Below, one piece after another: positions 53,115 to 63,138 of a DNA stretch of 64,000 nucleotides; within the stretch, counting starts at the first letter, position 1; every line of letters begins with the position of its first letter. Source of the stretch: a bacterium. GTDB lineage: Bacteria > UBA8248 > JACPRG01 > G963555815. A program made the position numbers and the translations under genes. The notes under the pieces are model-generated. The model worked only from the letters and a program-made list of their open reading frames with translations, did no database searches and had not been told where the DNA came from. The stretch lies in assembly GCA_965261595.1 (NCBI GenBank), contig CBDHDG010000006.1:1728001-1792000 (forward strand), written 5' to 3'.

Positions 53115-54383
53115 ATGTCAACACAGTCCGCCAAGCGAACCGCAAACGTCAAACTCACCCTCAGCAAACGCGCCGTCGACGCCCTCAAGCCCGCCGACAA
53201 GCCTTGGATCGCGTGGGATAACAAGCTCACCGGATTTGGCGTCCGCGTCCAGCCCTCCGGCATCCGCTCCTACATCGTCAACTACCGCGCCGGAGACGGC
53301 GGACGAAAAGCCGCCAACCGACGCATCGTCATCGGACGGCACGGACGCATCACGCCCGAGCAGGCCAGGCGGAACGCCCAGGAAATCCTCGGACGCGTCG
53401 CCACCGGCGAGGATCCCGCCGTAGACCGCGCCCGCTCCCGCGCCATGCCTACCCTGCGCGAGGCCTTCGAGGACTATCTGGCCGTCGGTCCCGAGCGCAG
53501 GAAGAGCACTCTAGACTGCTACCGCGGCACCGTCTACCGCGACCTCGGCGCCTGCCTCGACCGACCCCTCGACACCATCTCCCGCAAGGATGTCGAGCAG
53601 TGCTTCAACCGCCTCACCCGCGAGGCCGGATGGGTCCAGGCCAACAATGCAGTCAAGATGCTGCGCGCCCTCTACCGGCGCCAGTGTATCGACTTCGAGG
53701 GCCTGCACAACCCCGTGGACCAGTGGCGCGCGGCCGGCGGGCGGCCCAACCGAGTGCGCCGGCGCCGCATCCCGCCCCCGGCCGAGGTCCTGCCCCGCTG
53801 GCATAAGGGCATCGAGACCGCGGTGCGCAATCCCGTGGGCCGCGACGCCTTCCGCTTCGGCCTCTACACCGGCATGCGCCGCGACGAGGTGCTCGGCCTG
53901 CGATGGGAACAGGTGAACCTGGAGGCCATGACCTTGCGGGTCGAGGAGACCAAGACCGGCGAGCCGCTGGAGCTGCCCGTCACCCGCCAGCTCGCCGCCA
54001 TCCTCGAACGGCGTCTGTCCGAGCGCGAACGCTTCCCCGAGCACGCCCGGTCCTGGGTGTTCCCGTCGGAGACGAGCAGGTCGGGCAGGCTCAACAGCAT
54101 GCAGCACCTCAACGCGCGCATCGGCGAGGCGGGCGGCGCGAAGTTCTGGTTCCACGCCTTCCGCAACTGCTTCATCACCGTGGCGAACCGCAACCTGATG
54201 CTCCCGAACAGCTTGACGAAGCGGCTGGTCAATCATGCACGGCCCTCGGACGTGACCGAGGGCTATGCCGCCGACTGGACCATGGAGCAGCTGCGCGAGA
54301 GCGCCCAGCGCATCGCCGACCGGATCGATGAGATAATACAGGCAGGGATACCTACGGCGCGGGAATTCCAGCCAAAGGGGTGA
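53115..54383 (+). CDS. Arm-type tyrosine recombinase/integrase 2 (paralog of integrase 1)
   Basis: WDNKLTGFGVRVQPSG; TGMRRDE, HAFR, VNH, EGY. Confidence 0.92.
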   Translation: MSTQSAKRTANVKLTLSKRAVDALKPADKPWIAWDNKLTGFGVRVQPSGIRSYIVNYRAGDGGRKAANRRIVIGRHGRITPEQARRNAQEILGRVATGEDPAVDRARSRAMPTLREAFEDYLAVGPERRKSTLDCYRGTVYRDLGACLDRPLDTISRKDVEQCFNRLTREAGWVQANNAVKMLRALYRRQCIDFEGLHNPVDQWRAAGGRPNRVRRRRIPPPAEVLPRWHKGIETAVRNPVGRDAFRFGLYTGMRRDEVLGLRWEQVNLEAMTLRVEETKTGEPLELPVTRQLAAILERRLSERERFPEHARSWVFPSETSRSGRLNSMQHLNARIGEAGGAKFWFHAFRNCFITVANRNLMLPNSLTKRLVNHARPSDVTEGYAADWTMEQLRESAQRIADRIDEIIQAGIPTAREFQPKG

Positions 54384-54837
54384 CGTGCGCCGGACAGCGG
54401 TTCAGCCGCCTTCCGGTATGACCGCTGCCGCTCCTCGTTCTCATCCCTTGCAGCCGCAAAACAGGCGAGGATGACGTTTCGGCCATAACCGGGCTGCTGC
54501 TTACTCTCGCCTTGACCCCTTCACGTTCCCAACGGGCCAACTATGAGTAGACCGTCTGCCAGGGCGGGAAATCGTCCAGCAGCAGGCACCACGAACAACC
54601 CGCTCGCAAGAATTATTGGATCGCCTCGACGATGGCGCGCTTGCCAGCCCTGCATGGACGCGCATCGGCAATCCGTCCGGGATCATCGGCCCCATGACCA
54701 GCCGCTAGCTGTCGGTAAGATCGGACAATTTAGCGCACCTTCGGCATATCGGCATGGGTGCCGATCCATCCGCGTTGACTCCGATACCCCATGAATTACA
54801 AGCAATTCTTCAAGGGATTCCCTTCTCAAACAAGCTT

Positions 54838-55242
54838 TTAGCCGTCCAGAAAGTTCCTGATCCTCGCCTTGATCGAATCACGGTCCTTCGTCTCACACTC
54901 CCAGATCACGAGCACGTCCCAGCCTAGTTCGCGCAGCGCCCCGAGCCTCGACTCGTCGCGTGCCCGGTTCCGCTCAATCTTCGCGGCCCAATAGCTGGGG
55001 CGCGTCCTCGAGACATGGGCCATCCTACAGTCATGCCCATGCCAAAAGCATCCGTGTACGAAGATGACCTTACGGCGGCCCGGAAACACCAAGTCCGGTG
55101 AGCCAGGTAGGTCGCGCCGATGCAGCCTGAAACGGTAGCCCATGGCGTGCGCTAAGCGACGCACCGCCAGCTCCGGCTTCGTGTCCTTCCCGCGAATCCG
55201 GCTCATATTGGCGCTACGCTGTTCAGGAGTGAGACGATCCAA
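54838..55242 (-). CDS. vsr: Very short patch repair endonuclease
   Basis: RSANMSRIRGKDTKPE, PD, FVHGCFWHGH, IWEC. Confidence 0.93.
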   Translation of the reverse strand: MDRLTPEQRSANMSRIRGKDTKPELAVRRLAHAMGYRFRLHRRDLPGSPDLVFPGRRKVIFVHGCFWHGHDCRMAHVSRTRPSYWAAKIERNRARDESRLGALRELGWDVLVIWECETKDRDSIKARIRNFLDG

Positions 55243-55331
55243 AGTTCCGTTCTCCGCCGCGTTTAGCCTTTGGACTTGACTTCACTGAAATGTAATGCAC
55301 AATGAAGTATGATGATGCTAAATGACGTGAG

Positions 55332-55534
55332 ATGATGAAAACATCAGCACCACGAGGAAGCTGAAAGGGGCCACGGATCATCATCAGTCTGTCCGATCGC
55401 GATCATACCGCTCTCACGGAATTGGCGGAAAAGCATAACGTGTCCATCTCGTGGCTCACCCATCAGGCCTTGTCGAATTCATCGAAAAATACATGGACAC
55501 CCAAGCCCAACTCCCACTTCACATCAAGAAATAA
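55332..55534 (+). pseudogene. Ribbon-helix-helix regulator of the RM operon, with in-frame stop and frameshift
   Basis: PRIIISLSDRDHTALTELAEKHNVSISWL..QA then VEFIEKY in another frame. Confidence 0.6.
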
Positions 55535-55542
55535 TAAGGCAC

Positions 55543-56801
55543 ATGCCTAAGAAAAGTAGAAAAGAAATCTGGTCCTTCTTCTCAGGCGCAATGGGCCTGG
55601 ATCTTGGCCTTGAGGAGGCCGGTTTTGCTCCGACCCTTGTCAATGAAATCGACAAGAATTGCTGCAAAACGATTCGGCTCAACCGCCCCGACCTCCAGCT
55701 CGTCACCGAGAGCATCAGCGACCTAACCGCCGACAAGCTACGCGCTTACCGGAACTTTGACGGCGACGTGCAAATGATGGTGGGCGGTCCACCATGCCAG
55801 AGCTTTTCGTCCGGGGGCAAGCGTACCTCTCTCTCCGACCCGCGGGGCAATCTGATTTACGAATATCTCCGGCTCATTGGCACGGTGAAACCTCGCTACT
55901 TCATCCTTGAGAATGTCGCCAACCTCACGACCGCCGCCCTTCGCCACCGGCCTATTGCCGACCGGCCAGGTCAGCACTGGAGCCTGAAACGCTACGATAC
56001 CGACTGGCAGGACGGTGACGGCGATGCATCGCCACTTGAGCCCGAGGAACGATCCGGCTCCGCTGTTCGCCAGCTTCTCGACGACGTGCGCAGTCTCGGT
56101 TATCATGTCGTCTTCGGTGTGCTCGCGCTGTCGATTTCGGCACGCCGCAGCGTCGTCTCCGCTTTATCATGTTCGGCTCGCGGGACTGGCCGCCGCCCTC
56201 CCTGCCGAACCCCACGCATGGCCCGGTAGGCTCTGGCCTTGAACCGTTCCGGACGGTGCGCCAAGCGATCTATCACATGCAGAACGATCCCGGATCGGGC
56301 TCCGAGTACACCCCCCCTGTGCGCCGGTTCTTCGCCATGGTTCCCGAAGGCGGCAACTGGCGCGACCTGCCGCCCAAGCTACAGCCCGAGGCCCTGGGCG
56401 GTTCCTGGGCCGCCGGTGGCGGCAAGACTGGCTTCTACCGACGCCTCTCTTGGGACACTCCCTCACCCACCATCACCGGCCGCGCAAACCGCAAGGGAAG
56501 CGCCCTGTGTCACCCCGAGGCTCTCCGTCCCGTGTCAGTTCGGGAATGCGCGGCGCTTCAAGGCTTCCCCGAAGACTGGCAATTCGTGGGCTCTATGAAC
56601 GCTCAATACATGCAGATCGGGAACGCCGTCCCGGTCCTGCTCAGCAAAGCCATCGCCGGCTCGTTCCTCCGGCATAAAACCATCGCCCCGAAAATGAAGA
56701 ACTGGAACGCGGACTTTGACGCGATGCTCGATACCGCCGTGACGCGGCTTCGGGCGTCCGCCCGCAACAAGCAGAAGGCGGCCAAAGAAATTGTCTCATG
56801 A
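55543..56801 (+). pseudogene. dcm: DNA cytosine-5 methyltransferase, 1-bp deletion near 56125
   Basis: FSGAMG, GGPPCQSFS, ENV in frame 1; QRRLR, RECAALQGFP, QIGNAVP in frame 2. Confidence 0.9.
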
Positions 56802-57994
56802 GCTCAGCCCCGCGCCGCCTCCGCTTCGTCTCGGATCGGAATCCGGTCCAACGGATCAACGAGGAAATCCTCGCCCGCCTCATCGCTGCGCAGGACAACA
56901 TCATCGACCATGCCTTTCCGAATACTGCGGGCTTCTATGCCAGGATTTTCGACGACCTCAAACTCTCCCTCACCGTCCCCGACCAGCTGAAAGACAAGCC
57001 GGTTCACGATGTATCGGATCGGCCTTTCAGCGAGCTGACCCAGGGCTTCATTTCCACCCTTAAGGACGCCGGGATTACGGGCCAGTCCGCACGCATCCAC
57101 GCCGTCAATCTCGCTCAGCGGACCCACCTCGTGCGGGCTTTCGAGCAACCCGACGCCGTGCTGATCCGCGTCACCGGCAAAGTCGGAAAGATCATCCAGA
57201 CCTTTCCGCGCACCGCCGACGACATCGAGCGTGGACGCAATCCCGGCGACGTGCTCGACCCCTACATCCTCGCCGCCACCCAAACCTTGCTCTATGGCGG
57301 GGACTTCCAGGAAGCCATCGGAGCGACCGTCGCTCACAAAGCCCTCATGATTATCGAGGGCCTCATGGGCCACCTGCATGAAGACGTGATCGGCGACATG
57401 CGCGGCAATATCCGCACTCCGGAACCACGCGGCTTCAATCAGGAACTCATCGATCCCTACGAAAATCCCTTCCCCGGCTCGGACGTAGTTCAGCCACCTA
57501 CGAAGGTCGGCGAGAACATCCGTTTCCACCAAGTAAAGAGCAAGACCGGCTCCGCCAAAGGCGGCGACGGCAAACGCCTTGGCGACCAGCTCCGGCAGCT
57601 TCGCCAATACTATGCCGGTGAGGTCTATTATGATGCCCTCATCGGGAACACGTTGCGCGGCCACCGCTCCATGCGGGGTGTGCTCAGCTCCGAGCCGGAG
57701 GCCATCGTCCTGGTCGGCGACGCTGCTTTCCGCGAGTTGACGCGCAGCTCTATCGGCCCCGAGCTATTGCTTCGCGTCTATCAGAGCGTCTTTTCGGAGG
57801 CGGCCCAGCAGGCCGGATACCACATCGACGCGATGGCCGCCGGTATCGTCTCGACCTTCCACGAACGAGCCGAAGCCGCAGGCGAGGGCTTTCTTGAGCT
57901 GTTGCTGTCCGATTCCATTGGGTCCAACCTCGACCAGCAGGACAGCCGCACCTACAAGCCCTCAACGCGTCGGTCGCGGTCATTGAGGAAATAA
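56798..57994 (+). CDS. Putative type II restriction endonuclease
   Basis: Coupled to C5-MTase and next to vsr; GHLHE..D..QVKSK PD-(D/E)xK-like motif. Confidence 0.6.
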   Translation: MSSAPRRLRFVSDRNPVQRINEEILARLIAAQDNIIDHAFPNTAGFYARIFDDLKLSLTVPDQLKDKPVHDVSDRPFSELTQGFISTLKDAGITGQSARIHAVNLAQRTHLVRAFEQPDAVLIRVTGKVGKIIQTFPRTADDIERGRNPGDVLDPYILAATQTLLYGGDFQEAIGATVAHKALMIIEGLMGHLHEDVIGDMRGNIRTPEPRGFNQELIDPYENPFPGSDVVQPPTKVGENIRFHQVKSKTGSAKGGDGKRLGDQLRQLRQYYAGEVYYDALIGNTLRGHRSMRGVLSSEPEAIVLVGDAAFRELTRSSIGPELLLRVYQSVFSEAAQQAGYHIDAMAAGIVSTFHERAEAAGEGFLELLLSDSIGSNLDQQDSRTYKPSTRRSRSLRK

Positions 57995-58015
57995 CGAGTT
58001 ATTGAGGGTATCCAA

Positions 58016-60307
58016 ATGCTCCGGAAAATTATTTCGGTCAGAAACGTTGGCCGGTTCCGGAACTCCGCTGCTACCGGCAACCCCGAACTTTCTCGCTACA
58101 CGCTGATTGTCGGCGCAAACGGTTTCGGCAAGACCACGCTTTGCGCGGTCCTCCGCTCGCTGAAAACCGGCGACCCGGCCTATATCGCCGGGCGGCGGAC
58201 TCTCGGCGTCGGGGAATCACCGACCGTGGAGTTGTTGTTCTCCGGCGGCCAGACGCGCTTTGACGGCGCGGCTTGGTCCGCCCCCTATCCTCCCCTCGCC
58301 ATCTTCGATGACGTGTTTGTCGCCGAGAACGTCCATTCCGGTGAAGTGGTCGAGATCGACCACAGGCGGAACCTGTACCGCATCATCATCGGAGAAGAAG
58401 GCGTGCGCCTAGCCGAAGAAGACGCGAGTCTTGCCGGGCAAAGCCGCGAGAAGACCGGCGAGATCACCGCCGCTGCCAAGGCGATCCAACCTCATATCCC
58501 GGTAGGCATGAGGCTCGACGCCTTCCTTGCTCTGCCTGCTAACCCCAAAATTGACGCACGGATCGCCGAGCAGGAGCGCACCGTCGAAGCTGTCCGTCAG
58601 GTCCAACAGATCAACGACCGTCCCCCGCTGACCGAGATCGGGGTTCCGAGTCTGCCCGACGAATTTGCCGCCTTGCTTGCCCGCACCATCGACGACATTG
58701 CGCAAGACGCCGAAACCCGCCTAGCCGAGCACCTTGCGGCGCACGGTATGGAGGCGGATGGCGGCAACTGGATTGCCGAGGGTCTGGAGCACACTGACCG
58801 CCAAACCTGCCCCTTCTGCGGCCAGGATATTAGGGGCCTTCCTCTAATCGCCGCCTACCGGGCCGTGTTCAGCGACCGCTACAAGGCCCTGCGGGGGGAG
58901 ATCACGGCCATGCGCAGCCAAATCGCCGAACAATTCGGCGACGGCGCAATAGGCCGTCTCAATATCCGCGCCGAACAGAACATCGGCGCGGTCGAATTCT
59001 GGAGCCGGTATTGCGCCGTCGATCCGGCACCTCTCACTGTCCCCGACGAGATCCCTAGCGCGATCCGCGTGCTTGGGCAGGCCACCGTGGCATTGCTCGA
59101 CTGCAAGGGCCGCGCACCCCTTGAGCCCATCCAGCCGGATGACGCTTTCAACGCTGCCGCCGCAACCTACCAAGCTGCCCTCGCCAAGGCACAGCAGATC
59201 GCCAACGCGATCCGGGCCGTCAACACTCTCATCGCCACCAAGAAGAAGGAAACTGGCGTGGCTGAGGTGCAGGCGGTCGAGGCGGAGTTGGCCCGCCACC
59301 GGGCCATCAAGGTCCGCCATGCCGACCCCGTTGCCGGGCTATGTGCCGATCATGTCCGGCTGACCGCCGAAAAGGAAGCGATTGACCAACGCAAAGGCGA
59401 GATCCGGGTGCAGCTCGACGCGCACACTAGGAAGGTCATGAAACCCTACGAACAGTGCATCAACCACTATCTCGACGCCTTCAACGCCGGTTTCCGGATC
59501 ACCGAGACCAGTCACGGCTATCCCGGCGGCACCGCTGCATCCACTTACCGGCTTGTTATCGACAACACCGCCATCGACCTTGGCGACGGTGGCACGCCCT
59601 CTGATCGCCCTAGCTTCAAAAACACGCTCAGTTCGGGCAACCGCACCACGCTCGCCCTCGCCTTTTTCCTCGCCCACCTTGAGCACGACCAAGACTTGGC
59701 CGCCAAGACGGTGGTGTTCGACGATCCTTTTGGCAGCCAGGACGCCTTTCGCCGCCTCCAGACCGTTCACGAGATTGCCAAAATGGGGCAGAACTGCGCG
59801 CAAGTCATCGTGCTCTCGCACGACGCCACCTTCCTCAAGCAGGTTTGGGACAAGGCACCGGCGGCCGAACGCGTTGCCCTCACCCTCGCCGATCACCGTG
59901 CGCTGGGCATAAAGATCATGCCCGTGGACCTTGAGCGCGCCTGCCAGGGCCGGACGGCCACAGACATCGACAACTTGCTAACCTATCTGACTACAGGCTC
60001 GGGCGCGCCTCTTGACCTCATCCGCAAGATGCGCACCGTTCTCGAAACCCATTGCTGGACCACTTACCCGGCTTGTTTCCAGGCCGGGCAGGATTGGCTT
60101 GGCAAGATTGTACGGAAGATTCGTGAGGAAGGAAATCAGCACCCCGCCCACGCCTTGTACGACGAACTGGATCAGATCAACGACTACACCAAAGATCATC
60201 ATCATGGTGAGGACGTGGCTCACGCGACGTCCGATCAGATCGACTCGCAGGAACTCACCGGCTACATCAAACGCACGCTCAGAATCGTCAATGCTCTCCA
60301 AGCTTGA
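58016..60307 (+). CDS. AAA_13/RloC-like SMC-type ATPase with zinc hook and HEPN-like tail
   Basis: GANGFGKT, CPFCGQ, coiled coils, LSSG, FDDP, LSH; C-terminal R..LE..HH. Confidence 0.8.
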   Translation: MLRKIISVRNVGRFRNSAATGNPELSRYTLIVGANGFGKTTLCAVLRSLKTGDPAYIAGRRTLGVGESPTVELLFSGGQTRFDGAAWSAPYPPLAIFDDVFVAENVHSGEVVEIDHRRNLYRIIIGEEGVRLAEEDASLAGQSREKTGEITAAAKAIQPHIPVGMRLDAFLALPANPKIDARIAEQERTVEAVRQVQQINDRPPLTEIGVPSLPDEFAALLARTIDDIAQDAETRLAEHLAAHGMEADGGNWIAEGLEHTDRQTCPFCGQDIRGLPLIAAYRAVFSDRYKALRGEITAMRSQIAEQFGDGAIGRLNIRAEQNIGAVEFWSRYCAVDPAPLTVPDEIPSAIRVLGQATVALLDCKGRAPLEPIQPDDAFNAAAATYQAALAKAQQIANAIRAVNTLIATKKKETGVAEVQAVEAELARHRAIKVRHADPVAGLCADHVRLTAEKEAIDQRKGEIRVQLDAHTRKVMKPYEQCINHYLDAFNAGFRITETSHGYPGGTAASTYRLVIDNTAIDLGDGGTPSDRPSFKNTLSSGNRTTLALAFFLAHLEHDQDLAAKTVVFDDPFGSQDAFRRLQTVHEIAKMGQNCAQVIVLSHDATFLKQVWDKAPAAERVALTLADHRALGIKIMPVDLERACQGRTATDIDNLLTYLTTGSGAPLDLIRKMRTVLETHCWTTYPACFQAGQDWLGKIVRKIREEGNQHPAHALYDELDQINDYTKDHHHGEDVAHATSDQIDSQELTGYIKRTLRIVNALQA

Positions 60308-60794
60308 CGGCATCCGGGTCTAGCGTGTGGTGGCCTGAGCCAGACATCGTGGGTCGCGTCCTCCCGACGGCGCGTCCTGTTTATTTGTCGCTTCACGAGC
60401 TGCCGCGCGATGCTGGCAGCCGTGCGGCAGCACCATCGCACTGGCTCCCGCACTGCCCTTCACGCATCCGCCCCCAGTGCTGTAGCCACCGCCCGCTCAT
60501 CAAACGCCGCGGCGGCTCGGCATCGCAACACGCTCACGAGATGATCCCCATCAATACGGTTGAACGCCGAATCCGTTCTACGGCCTTACGGCCGTTAGCT
60601 TGTCACACCTGACGCATCGTTGATGCACTTCCTGCCAGCGGCCGCCTTCGCATGAATTGGCGGAAACGCCCGTAGTTACAGAGCCTTACGGCTCATCCCG
60701 TCCCGCACCGCCAAGCGGCTTCGTTGGAGAAACGCCGCCGCGGCTGCTTCCTGCATTACCGTCCAGCCGCGCGGCCCGAACAGGAGCCGCAACC

Positions 60795-61985
60795 ATGCCC
60801 GACAAACCGAAGTCCACCTTCGCCCGGCGCGTCCGCGCCGCCAAGCCCCGCGCCACCAAATATGAAGCCCGTGACGACGTTATCTCCGGTCTGGGGCTGG
60901 CGATCCAGCCCACCGGCGTCAGAACCTACTTTCTCTCCCGCATGGTGCGCGGGCGCAGACGCTATGCCCGGATCGGCAACGCCGACACCATGACCGTTCC
61001 CGAGGCACGGCGCGAGGCCCGCAGGCTGATCGCCAGCTACATCGAGCCAGTGAGAAAGGATAATGGCCCCAGGACGCCGGGACACCCGATGACCGAGTTC
61101 GCCGACGAGTTCCTTGAACGCTACGCCCGCCACTGGAAGCCCCGCACGCTGGAGTCCAACCGGTACTTCATCCGCAACCACATCCTGCCCGTCTTCGGTC
61201 ACATGACCGTGGACGCCATTGCCGTCGAGCATGTCAGGGCCTGGTTCGCCTCCATGGGCGAGAAGCCCGGCAGCGCCAACCGCTCCATGCCGGTCCTGTC
61301 GGTCATGATGCGCATGGCCGAACTCTGGGGATACCGCGCCCACAACTCCAACCCCTGCAAAAGGACCCGGCGCTACAGGATGAAGCCCAAGGAGCGGTTT
61401 CTGACGGCGGAGGAAATGGTACGGCTCAACGCCGTGCTGACCCGTGACGAATTCTGGTGTCCGAACGTCGTTGCCGTCATCCGCCTGCTGATGCTGACCG
61501 GGTGCCGCTTCGGCGAAATCGCCTCGCTCGAATGGGACTGGATCAAGGACAAGCGCATCCACCTTCCGGACTCGAAGTCCGGGCCGCGCACGGTCTGGCT
61601 GTCGAGCGCCGCCCGCGCGGTGATCGACGCTATCCCGCGATACAGCGCCGATTGCCCGTATCTCTTTCCCGCCCGCCCGCCGACTCGGCATATCGACAAC
61701 ATCACCTTCCACTGGGACCGCATCCGCAACGAGGCGGGCCTGCCCGGCGTGCGGCTTCATGACTTTCGCCACAGCTGGGCCTCGGTCGCCGCCATGAACG
61801 GCGTGGGCATGGTGACCATCGCCAAGCTGCTCGGCCATGCCCTGGTCGAGACCACGGAACGCTACGTCCACCTGTCCGACCGGTCCGTTTCGGACGCCGC
61901 CGATCGGGTGTCGAACCGCATCCATGCGGCCCTAGCCGGAAGGGGCGCGGAGCGCGAGGGAGGAGCCCGCCATGCCCACGGTTGA
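60795..61985 (+). CDS. Arm-type tyrosine recombinase/integrase 3
   Basis: TGCRFGE, SKSG, HDFRH, LLGH, ERY; AGGAG RBS before ATG 60795. Confidence 0.92.
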   Translation: MPDKPKSTFARRVRAAKPRATKYEARDDVISGLGLAIQPTGVRTYFLSRMVRGRRRYARIGNADTMTVPEARREARRLIASYIEPVRKDNGPRTPGHPMTEFADEFLERYARHWKPRTLESNRYFIRNHILPVFGHMTVDAIAVEHVRAWFASMGEKPGSANRSMPVLSVMMRMAELWGYRAHNSNPCKRTRRYRMKPKERFLTAEEMVRLNAVLTRDEFWCPNVVAVIRLLMLTGCRFGEIASLEWDWIKDKRIHLPDSKSGPRTVWLSSAARAVIDAIPRYSADCPYLFPARPPTRHIDNITFHWDRIRNEAGLPGVRLHDFRHSWASVAAMNGVGMVTIAKLLGHALVETTERYVHLSDRSVSDAADRVSNRIHAALAGRGAEREGGARHAHG

Positions 61986-63138
61986 CCTCACCCCGCGCTT
62001 GGCCCGCCAGAGCAAGCCCGGCGACAAGGACACCATCCTGTTCGACAAGACGCTGCCTGGCTTCGGGCTTCGCATCCATCCTTCGGCCCGAAAGGTCTGG
62101 GTCGTGCAAACCCGCATCGAGGGGCGGAGCCGCCGCATCGTCATCGCCCGGCATGGAGAGATGGAGCTTGCAGAAGCGCGCCGCCGCGCCCGCGACATGC
62201 TCGGGCGCATCCGCGCGGGCGGGAACCCCGCAGACGACATCCACCGGGAGAAACGGACCCCCACCGTGCGGGAGTTCGCCGACGAGTACTTGCGCCTCTG
62301 CGATCCGTACTGGAAGCCCTCGGGACGCAAAACCATCCGCATCTACCTCAAGGCGCGCATCCTACCTGCCTTCGGCAAAATGCCGGTTGACCGCATCGGT
62401 CCCGAGGACGTGGCCGCGTGGTTCGACGCGGCGAGCAAGGAAAAGCCCGGCGCGGCCAATCGCGCCTTCGAGATATTGCGCTCGATGATGTTCCGGGCCG
62501 AGGAATTCGGCTTCCGCGAGCGCGGCGCCAATCCCTGTGTCGGTATCAGGAAGAACCCGAGGCGCAACATCGCCCGATTCCTCGACACCGACGAGTTGGC
62601 CCGGCTCGGGCGCGCGCTCGACGCCCGCGAGGCGGAATGGCCCCAGGCCGTCGCTGCCATCCGGTTGCTGGCGCTCACCGGATGCCGCCGGAGCGAAGTG
62701 CTCAATCTCCGCTGGCGCGACATCGGCGAAAACGCGATCAAGCTGCCGGACTCCAAGACCGGCCCGCGCACCGTGCCACTCGGCGAGGCCGCGCGGGCGC
62801 ATATCGCCACGCTGCCCGGCCCCCGCGACTCGGAGGCGCACCTGTTTCCTCGGTATGCCGAAGGCCAGGGGCTCTGGATACTGACCAACTGCTGGCGCGC
62901 GGTCTGCGCCGATGCGAAGCTCGGCACGCTGCGCCTGCACGACCTTCGCCACACCGCCGCCAGTCAGGCCGTCATGTCCGGCGAGAATCTTCCCCTTGTC
63001 GGCAGGTTGCTCGGACACCGGCGGCACCGGACCACTGCGAGCTACGCCCACCTTGCCGACGACCATCTTGTCGAGGCGGCGGAGAAAGTCGGAAACCTCC
63101 TTTCAGAGGCGATGCAACATGGAGTTTCAACTATTTGA
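61972..63138 (+). CDS. Arm-type tyrosine recombinase/integrase 4
   Basis: DKTLPGFGLRI; TGCRRSE, SKTG, HDLRH, LLGH, ASY. Confidence 0.92.
   Translation: MPTVDLTPRLARQSKPGDKDTILFDKTLPGFGLRIHPSARKVWVVQTRIEGRSRRIVIARHGEMELAEARRRARDMLGRIRAGGNPADDIHREKRTPTVREFADEYLRLCDPYWKPSGRKTIRIYLKARILPAFGKMPVDRIGPEDVAAWFDAASKEKPGAANRAFEILRSMMFRAEEFGFRERGANPCVGIRKNPRRNIARFLDTDELARLGRALDAREAEWPQAVAAIRLLALTGCRRSEVLNLRWRDIGENAIKLPDSKTGPRTVPLGEAARAHIATLPGPRDSEAHLFPRYAEGQGLWILTNCWRAVCADAKLGTLRLHDLRHTAASQAVMSGENLPLVGRLLGHRRHRTTASYAHLADDHLVEAAEKVGNLLSEAMQHGVSTI

Noticed and set aside
50376..63138. Integron or prophage
   Set aside because: Recombinases have arm-binding domains rather than IntI features; no attC array and no phage structural genes
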